Assembly: GCA_024641635.1 (NCBI GenBank)
Contig: JAHECS010000013.1
Location: 9,482-73,481, forward strand
Length of the DNA stretch: 64,000 nucleotides
Source of the DNA: Actinomycetes bacterium
GTDB taxonomy: Bacteria > Actinomycetota > Actinomycetes > S36-B12
Direction of reading: 5' to 3'
This document shows, piece after piece, positions 58,034 through 64,000 of this stretch. The translations under genes were made by a program, and so were the position numbers. How positions within the stretch are numbered: position 1 is the stretch's first letter; each line of letters starts with the position of its first letter. The notes under the pieces were generated by a model. That model ran no database searches. It had not been told where the DNA came from and worked only from the letters and a program-made list of their open reading frames with translations.

Positions 58034-59274
58034 GCGCAGAGGCAACGACCCTGAGCCCGGTCGTCAGGCGGGTGCTCCTGGGCGTGTCGCTGTCGGCCAT
58101 CGGCAACGGCCTGACCCTGCCGTTGCTGGTCGTGTACCTGGGGCAGGTCCGCGGCCTGGGCACCTCGGTAGCGGGGTTCGTCGTGGCCTACATGGCCATC
58201 ATGATGCTCGTCCTGATGCCGGTTGTGGGCATCGCGGTGGACCGCTTCGGGCCACGCCCGGCGCTCATCGGCGGCCTCCTCGTGCAAGGCGGGGGCGTCG
58301 CCCTGCTGACGCAGGTGGAGTCGACCGCGTCGGCCTTCGCCGTCGCCAGCGTCATGGCGCTTGGGAGCTCGTTCCTGTGGAGCCCCCAGTCGGCCCTCCT
58401 CGGGCGCCTGGTGACGCCGATGCACCGCCAGCGGGTGTTCGGGATCCAGTTCCTGCTGCTCAACCTGGGCATCGGCATCGGTGGCCTCGTGGCCGCCCTC
58501 GTTGTGGACGTGGAGTCGCCCGCGACGTTCACCACGCTGTACCTCGTCGATGCCGCCACCTTCGTGGCCTACTCCGTGGTCCTCATGACCCTGCGAGGGG
58601 TGGCCTCGGGCCCTGCTCCTGTGCAGGAGGGGCACGATGCCGACGAGGGTTATCGGGTCGTGCTGCGGGACCGCCGTCTGGTCCGGGTGGCTGTCCTCGG
58701 ACTGCTGCTCGTCGCCTGCGGCTACGGGTCCATCCAGGTAGGCCTGCCCATCATGATCACCGTCGTCAACGGGCTCGATGTCTCATGGGTCGCGGTCGCC
58801 TACGCGGTGAACACCATGACGATCGTGGTCATGCAACTCGTCGTCCTCCGGCTGATCCAGGGCCGATCCAGGAGTCGACTCCTCGCGGTGGTGGCTCTCC
58901 TGTGGGCCTCGTCCTGGCTGATCCTGGGGATGTCCGGGCTGACGACTCCTGCCGTCGCCGTCGTGGGCGCGTGCCTGTCCACGCTCGTGTTCGGGCTCGG
59001 CGAGACTCTCTCGGCGCCGATCATCCCGTCCCTCGTGAACGACCTGGCCCCGGACCACCTGCGCGGGCGATACAACTCCGTGCAGAGCCTCGTCTGGGGC
59101 GTGTCCGGAGCGCTGGGGCCCGCGGTCGCCGGCCTGCTGCTGGGCGCGGACCTCGTCGCCCTGTGGGTGTCCTTGGTGGTCGGGGGGTGCCTGGTCGCGG
59201 GCGTCCTGGCTCTCCGCCTCCGGTCGAGCCTGACGCCGGAGCTCGATGGGCGGGCGGCCCCCGGTGCGGCGTAG
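58030..59274 (+). CDS. MFS transporter
   Basis: GTGA overlap with the pat stop. 12 TM-like segments and the D-R-F/G-P-R loop motif VDRFGPRP. Confidence 0.75.
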   Translation: MSAEATTLSPVVRRVLLGVSLSAIGNGLTLPLLVVYLGQVRGLGTSVAGFVVAYMAIMMLVLMPVVGIAVDRFGPRPALIGGLLVQGGGVALLTQVESTASAFAVASVMALGSSFLWSPQSALLGRLVTPMHRQRVFGIQFLLLNLGIGIGGLVAALVVDVESPATFTTLYLVDAATFVAYSVVLMTLRGVASGPAPVQEGHDADEGYRVVLRDRRLVRVAVLGLLLVACGYGSIQVGLPIMITVVNGLDVSWVAVAYAVNTMTIVVMQLVVLRLIQGRSRSRLLAVVALLWASSWLILGMSGLTTPAVAVVGACLSTLVFGLGETLSAPIIPSLVNDLAPDHLRGRYNSVQSLVWGVSGALGPAVAGLLLGADLVALWVSLVVGGCLVAGVLALRLRSSLTPELDGRAAPGAA

Positions 59275-59293
59275 GTGGTGGAAGAATGGCCGC

Positions 59294-59878
59294 ATGACGG
59301 AGTCGGCACTCGCCCACCAGCTGCGCAAGGACATCCAGCGGTCCGGCTACTACCCCGACCTCGTCGCCGACGCCCTGGAGACCTCGCTGGCGGGTGAGAA
59401 CCTCGCGTCCTACGTCGTCCACCACGAGGCGACCTTCGACCGTGACGAGCTCCGCCGACACGTCACCGTCCTGGCCCTCACCCCGACGCGACTCATCGTC
59501 GGGCACACCGACGAGCATCCGGCCGACGAGGCGAACCCACTGCCCTCGGCATCCGCGTCGACCGAGGCCGTCCGCATCGAGCGGGTCGACTCCGTCGTCG
59601 TCACTCGGGTCGTCAGCGATCCGGCCCGGCACAAGCCCGGCGGAGCCGCCGCCGAGGTCGTGCTCACCATCGGCTGGGGAGCGGTGAGCCGCATCGACCT
59701 CGAGCCGGCGACCTGCGGCGACCCCCAGTGCGAGGCGGACCACGGGTACACCGGAACAGCGAGCAACGACGACCTGTCCGTTCGCGTGTCGGAGGCCGCG
59801 GACGGCGCCGATGTCGTGCGCCAGGTCCTCGAGTTCGCTGCGGCGCTCTCGTTGGCCACGGCCGCCCGGCTCCGCTGA
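59294..59878 (+). CDS. DUF5998-like conserved actinobacterial protein
   Basis: ..LRKDIQRSGYYPDLVADALE.. N-terminus. Conserved pairing with the following phosphodiesterase-type gene. Confidence 0.5.
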   Translation: MTESALAHQLRKDIQRSGYYPDLVADALETSLAGENLASYVVHHEATFDRDELRRHVTVLALTPTRLIVGHTDEHPADEANPLPSASASTEAVRIERVDSVVVTRVVSDPARHKPGGAAAEVVLTIGWGAVSRIDLEPATCGDPQCEADHGYTGTASNDDLSVRVSEAADGADVVRQVLEFAAALSLATAARLR

Positions 59879-59882
59879 CCCG

Positions 59883-60989
59883 GTGGTCGCCCGGATCGGC
59901 AGTCGTCCCTGCCTGGCCGACGTCGGCTCATCCGCTGCCGCTGCCATCGGGGTACCGGGCTTCACGGATCGACTGGGCATCGGCGAGACCCGGCAGGTGG
60001 TCGTCTGCCTCATCGATGGTCTCGGCTGGGCGGCGCTCGACGCGCATCGGCAGCTGGTTCCTCGTCTCGCCGAGCTGTCGGGCGGTCCGATCGACGCGGT
60101 CTTCCCGACGACGACGCCCGTGGGACTGGGCGCACTGGGCACCGGCCTGCTGCCGGGCGCCCATGGCCTTGTCGGTGCCGCCTTCGAGTACCCGGAGACC
60201 GGCGAGCTGCTGAGCCCGCTGCAGTGGGGCAGCCATCCCACCCCTCAGGCCGTGCAGCCCGAGCCGACCGTCTTCGAGCGGGTCGCCCGTTCGGGGGCCA
60301 CGATGACGAGCGTGTCGCCGGGCGCCTACCGCGAATCCGGCCTGACGCGGGCGGTGCTGAGGGGCGCGCAGTACGCACCCGCCGACGACCTGGCCGACCG
60401 CATCGCGGCGGTCGACGCCGTGCTGTCGCAGGGCGCGCCCTCCTTCACCTACGTCTACTGGCCCGAGCTCGACCGGATCGGGCATGAGTTCGGTGTCGAC
60501 AGCGGTGAGTGGCGGGCGGCGCTCGTGCGCGCGGATCAGCTCGTCGGACGGCTTGCCGAGGTGCTGGTGCCCGGGTCGACGCTGCTGGTGACGGCGGACC
60601 ACGGCATGGTGGACTGCCCCGCGGACAGGCGCATCGAGATCGAGTCAGTGCGCGGGCTCGTGGCGGACGTCCGACGGGTGGCGGGCGAGCCGCGCGCGCG
60701 GCACCTGTACGTCCGGGAGGGCGCGACCGGCGACGTCGCGGCCCGATGGCGGGAGGTCCTGGGGGAGCGGGCGCTGGTCCTCACCCGCGCGGAACTGGTG
60801 GCCGGGGGCTACTTCGGCGACGTGGATCCCGACCTCGTGGAGCGGATCGGCGATGTCATGGCGATCCCGCGCGACGCCTGGATGCTCGCGAGTTCCGTGG
60901 ACCGCACCGTGTCGGGACTGCTCGGTCAGCACGGGGGCCTGACCCCCGAGGAGCTGTTCATCCCCGCTCTGCTCGTGCGGGGGGACTGA
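59883..60989 (+). CDS. Alkaline-phosphatase superfamily protein (nucleotide pyrophosphatase/phosphodiesterase type)
   Basis: ..LIDGLGW..FPTTTPVGL.. (nucleophile Thr) ..VTADHGMVD... The GTG start is uncertain. Confidence 0.7.
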   Translation: MVARIGSRPCLADVGSSAAAAIGVPGFTDRLGIGETRQVVVCLIDGLGWAALDAHRQLVPRLAELSGGPIDAVFPTTTPVGLGALGTGLLPGAHGLVGAAFEYPETGELLSPLQWGSHPTPQAVQPEPTVFERVARSGATMTSVSPGAYRESGLTRAVLRGAQYAPADDLADRIAAVDAVLSQGAPSFTYVYWPELDRIGHEFGVDSGEWRAALVRADQLVGRLAEVLVPGSTLLVTADHGMVDCPADRRIEIESVRGLVADVRRVAGEPRARHLYVREGATGDVAARWREVLGERALVLTRAELVAGGYFGDVDPDLVERIGDVMAIPRDAWMLASSVDRTVSGLLGQHGGLTPEELFIPALLVRGD

Positions 60990-61041
60990 CAACCCTGCCG
61001 AGACCGCCTGCGCGGTGCACAGGGTCTGGCACGATGTCGGC

Positions 61042-61692
61042 GTGGCGGAACTGATCTTCTATGCCGGGACCATGGACTGCGGCAAGTCCACCCTCGCGCT
61101 CCAGACCGACCACAACCATTCGTCCCGTGGGCGCTCGGGCGTGGTGTTCACCCGCCTGGACCGGGCCGGGCAGTCGGTGCTCTCCAGTCGACTCGGCCTG
61201 GCCGTGGAGGCTGTCGAGGTCGACGAGGACCTGGACTTCAGGGCCTTCGTGGTCGACCAGCTCTCCGGCGGTGCGCGGATCGACTACCTCATCTGTGACG
61301 AGGCCCAGTTCTACTCAGAGGCTCAGGTCGACCAGCTGGCGGGTGTCGTCGACGACCTGGGCGTCGACGTGTACGCCTTCGGGATCATGACCGACTTCCG
61401 GACCCGGCTCTTCCCGGGCTCGGCCCGGCTGGTCGAGCTGTCCGATCGCGTCCAGGTGCTCCAGGTCGAGGCGCTGTGCTGGTGCGGGGCCCGCGCCATC
61501 CACAACGCCAGGACCGTGAACGGGGAGATGGTCGTCGAGGGCAATCAGGTCATGGTCGGCGACACCTCGACGCACCCGTCGGATGCGGTTGCCTACGAGG
61601 TCCTCTGCCGTCGTCACTATGGGTCGCGGACGACCGCATCGCGAGCTCAGCAGCAGCACATGTCGGCGCAGCCCCTGCCGTTCGCCAGGTGA
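61042..61692 (+). CDS. tdk: Thymidine kinase
   Basis: P-loop GTMDCGKST, ..LICDEAQF.., and the zinc motif ..CWCG..(x)..CRRHY. An alternative GTG start is at 61015. Confidence 0.85.
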   Translation: MAELIFYAGTMDCGKSTLALQTDHNHSSRGRSGVVFTRLDRAGQSVLSSRLGLAVEAVEVDEDLDFRAFVVDQLSGGARIDYLICDEAQFYSEAQVDQLAGVVDDLGVDVYAFGIMTDFRTRLFPGSARLVELSDRVQVLQVEALCWCGARAIHNARTVNGEMVVEGNQVMVGDTSTHPSDAVAYEVLCRRHYGSRTTASRAQQQHMSAQPLPFAR

Positions 61693-61699
61693 CCTTCGG

Positions 61700-62494
61700 T
61701 CAGTCGTCGCTCTTCGTCGCCCCGAAGAGGATCTCGTCCCAGCTGGGCACACTCGCGCGCCCCTTGCGGGCTCGGGGCTTGCGAGCCGCCTTCTTGGGAG
61801 CCGCGGGCTCGGCGTCGCCGCCCGGCGTGGACTCCTGAGACTTGGCGGCACTGGGATGGGGGATCGTCACCGTGGTCTCGTCGAACAGGGCCGGCGGCTC
61901 GTCGTCCGACGCAGTCGCTTCCGCGGCGGCGTCGCCTTCGTCGTCCTCGGCCGAGTCCTCGGCGTCCGGAACGGCCACCAGGTGCGGACGTGCCTCGGCC
62001 GCGGCCTGTTCCCGCACGACCGGGATGTCGGCGACCAGGTCGAGTGCCTCCGCGATGTCCACGTCGCTGTCGACGACGGCGATCGGTCGCGCGCCCATGA
62101 GGCTGCGGGCATCGTCGTCGAGCGGGTGCAGGTTGCGGCCCCCGTGGTCGTAGGTCCAGCGTGCCGCGTGGTCTCCGTCGCCGTCCGTGTAGGTGGCCGT
62201 GACGATCCACCGGCCGTCCTCGCGTCGCCACGCATCCCAGGCGATCGCTCCGGTATCCGCAGAGGCGCCGAGCGCCGCACGCGCCGCCTGCAGCAGGGTT
62301 GCCCCTCCGCCGGAACGACGGACCTCGACCGACTGGGCCTGCTCCGCGATGAAGGCGCGCTCCGCCAGCAGGGGCTCCGCGTAGCGGAGCACCTTGTCGA
62401 GGGGCCACCCGGTCTCCGCCGCGATGACCTCGGCTGACTCCCCACCGCGCACGCGCGACTGGATCTCCCGGGGGCTGAACGTCTGCAGGGCCAT
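61700..62494 (-). CDS. sepH: SepH-like septation protein (DUF3071)
   Basis: N-terminal DUF3071 pattern ..SPREIQSRVRGGESAEVIAAETGWPLDKVLRYAEP... A disordered acidic/basic tail ends ..SWDEILFG... Confidence 0.7.
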   Translation of the reverse strand: MALQTFSPREIQSRVRGGESAEVIAAETGWPLDKVLRYAEPLLAERAFIAEQAQSVEVRRSGGGATLLQAARAALGASADTGAIAWDAWRREDGRWIVTATYTDGDGDHAARWTYDHGGRNLHPLDDDARSLMGARPIAVVDSDVDIAEALDLVADIPVVREQAAAEARPHLVAVPDAEDSAEDDEGDAAAEATASDDEPPALFDETTVTIPHPSAAKSQESTPGGDAEPAAPKKAARKPRARKGRASVPSWDEILFGATKSDD

Positions 62495-62610
62495 CTCCCA
62501 CTGCCGTGTCGGGTACGGCGGGACAGGGGCGCCCCGCTACGAGGAACTTAGCGCCTCACCGCGCCCCGTGGACGACTCCATCCCGAATCGCCGTGTCGCG
62601 CGTGCGCGTG

Positions 62611-63918
62611 TCACCGCGCCCCGGCGGCATCTGACTGCGGATCGTCCGGATCGTCCTCGACCCCCCAGGGCGCCGGGCCGGGCAGCGGATCGACGTTCCA
62701 TGCCACGCTGGGCGGCGGCTGCGGTCGGCTGAGGGAAGCACTCAGCAGGCGTCGCTGGCCCAACCAGGCCACGAGGAATGCAGATGCCGCGCTGACCATC
62801 GGCAGGACGAAGGCCGCAGTCGTGCCGACCTGGTCGATGACGATTCCCGCGATCGTGGTCCCGGCCGAGAAGCCCAACGCCAGCCCGGAGTTCGTCCACG
62901 TGAGGCCCTCGGTCAGCAGACTGCTCGGCACCAGCCGCTCGGTCAGCGAGAACGTCGCGATGAGGGCGGGCGCGACGACCACGCCGCCGACGAATGTCGC
63001 CAGTGCGAGCAGGGGAACGCTGCCGACGAACGGGGCCGGGACGAGGGCGAGGGCCAGGACGCCGGCGAGCACCATCACCTGGCGAGCGAGGGGGAGGCGC
63101 CACGACCGCGAGCCGAACCAGATGCCGCCCAGCATCGAGCCGAGGGCCCACAGGCCCAGGACGAGGCCGGACGCGCCCGCCTGGCCGGCCTGCTCCGTGA
63201 AGGCCACCACCGAGACTTCGTAGGTGCCGAAGACACCGCCGATCCCGAGCGAGGCGACCACGACGAGGATGAGGCCGGGCTGCCGGAGCGCGCCGCCGCC
63301 CTGGACGCGCGGGGCGTCGCCGGAGGGCGCGGGTTCCGTCCCTCTCTGCAGGGCGAGCGTGATCGCGCCGCCGACGCCGATGACCGCCCCCGCCAGGAGT
63401 GGCAGCGGGAGGGCGACCTGGAAGGCGAGGAGAGCCGTGAGCAGGGGGCCGATCGTGAAGATGAGCTCGTCGATGATGCTCTCGAGCGCGAAGGCGCTGC
63501 GCAGCCGCTCCGGATCGGGCGCTGCCGCCGCCCACCTCGCCCGCACCATCGAGCCGATGGCGGGCTGCGCGGCGCCCGCGACCGCGATCATCACGGCGAG
63601 GGCGGGCACCGGCCAGCCCAGCTGCACGCCAGCCACGAAGAAGGCGATCGCCACCCCGTTCGCCGTCGCCAGCCATGGCAGGAGCCGGTGCTGGCCGACC
63701 CTGTCCATCGCGCGACTCGTCACGATCGCGCCGATGGCCGCGGACACCTGGAAGGCGGCCGACAGGAATCCGGCCAGGGCGTAGGAGCCGGTCTCCCCGC
63801 TGATCAGCAGGACGATGCCGAGGCCGACCATGGCGATCGGGAGGCGAGCGACGAAGCCGGTACTGGAGAACTGCCAGGCACCGGGGAGCGACAAGGCCCG
63901 TCGGTACGTGGTCAGCAT
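62611..63918 (-). CDS. MFS transporter
   Basis: 12 hydrophobic segments and the loop motif ..MDRVGQHRL... Confidence 0.75.
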   Translation of the reverse strand: MLTTYRRALSLPGAWQFSSTGFVARLPIAMVGLGIVLLISGETGSYALAGFLSAAFQVSAAIGAIVTSRAMDRVGQHRLLPWLATANGVAIAFFVAGVQLGWPVPALAVMIAVAGAAQPAIGSMVRARWAAAAPDPERLRSAFALESIIDELIFTIGPLLTALLAFQVALPLPLLAGAVIGVGGAITLALQRGTEPAPSGDAPRVQGGGALRQPGLILVVVASLGIGGVFGTYEVSVVAFTEQAGQAGASGLVLGLWALGSMLGGIWFGSRSWRLPLARQVMVLAGVLALALVPAPFVGSVPLLALATFVGGVVVAPALIATFSLTERLVPSSLLTEGLTWTNSGLALGFSAGTTIAGIVIDQVGTTAAFVLPMVSAASAFLVAWLGQRRLLSASLSRPQPPPSVAWNVDPLPGPAPWGVEDDPDDPQSDAAGAR

Positions 63919-64000
63919 GAGCCGGACGCTATCGCCAGATCCGTTCGCGAGAGGATGCAGGCATGCCGCAACCGGAGATCAGGACGCTGGCCGCTTTGCT

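Overview
The window looks like a very GC-rich (judged by eye, not computed) actinobacterial chromosome segment. It is densely coded, and I saw no rRNA, tRNA, CRISPR array, transposase or integrase. The backbone is housekeeping. It carries cysK-cysE, a PFOR (nifJ-type) gene coupled to a DHOD-like flavoprotein, a SAM-IV-controlled metY-metX operon, and the principal sigma factor. It also carries a topoisomerase IV-type pair (parE ... parC), psuK-psuG, a Pat-type acetyltransferase, tdk and sepH. Two things stand out.

(1) Between parE and parC, at about 34.8-50.2 kb, lies a divergently organised aromatic-catabolism supercluster.
- The minus-strand operon runs orphan - IclR - dmpEFGHI-like lower meta pathway - Rieske ferredoxin.
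- The plus-strand operon starts with two tandem extradiol dioxygenases. An unusual module follows: histidine phosphatase, a split PEP-synthase-like kinase (same architecture as phenylphosphate synthase PpsB/PpsA), a Rieske alpha-only oxygenase, a Cys4 zinc-ribbon miniprotein, a HAD hydrolase and an FprA-type reductase.
- I interpret this as a candidate phosphorylation-primed aerobic phenolic degradation route. It resembles the C. glutamicum cre logic, but a Rieske oxygenase replaces the P450 and the output goes to meta cleavage. This is my best candidate for an undescribed system.

(2) The metY-metX leader is composite. It has a promoter, a SAM-IV aptamer, an SD-preceded 10-codon uORF encoding MCCCCRMTRR (four consecutive Cys codons, three of them TGT), and a C-rich, G-poor direct-repeat tract. 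This suggests combined SAM and cysteine sensing.

Gene starts were chosen by hand from frame, SD and codon-bias inspection and may be off by a few codons. All functional calls rest on motif recognition, not on database searches.
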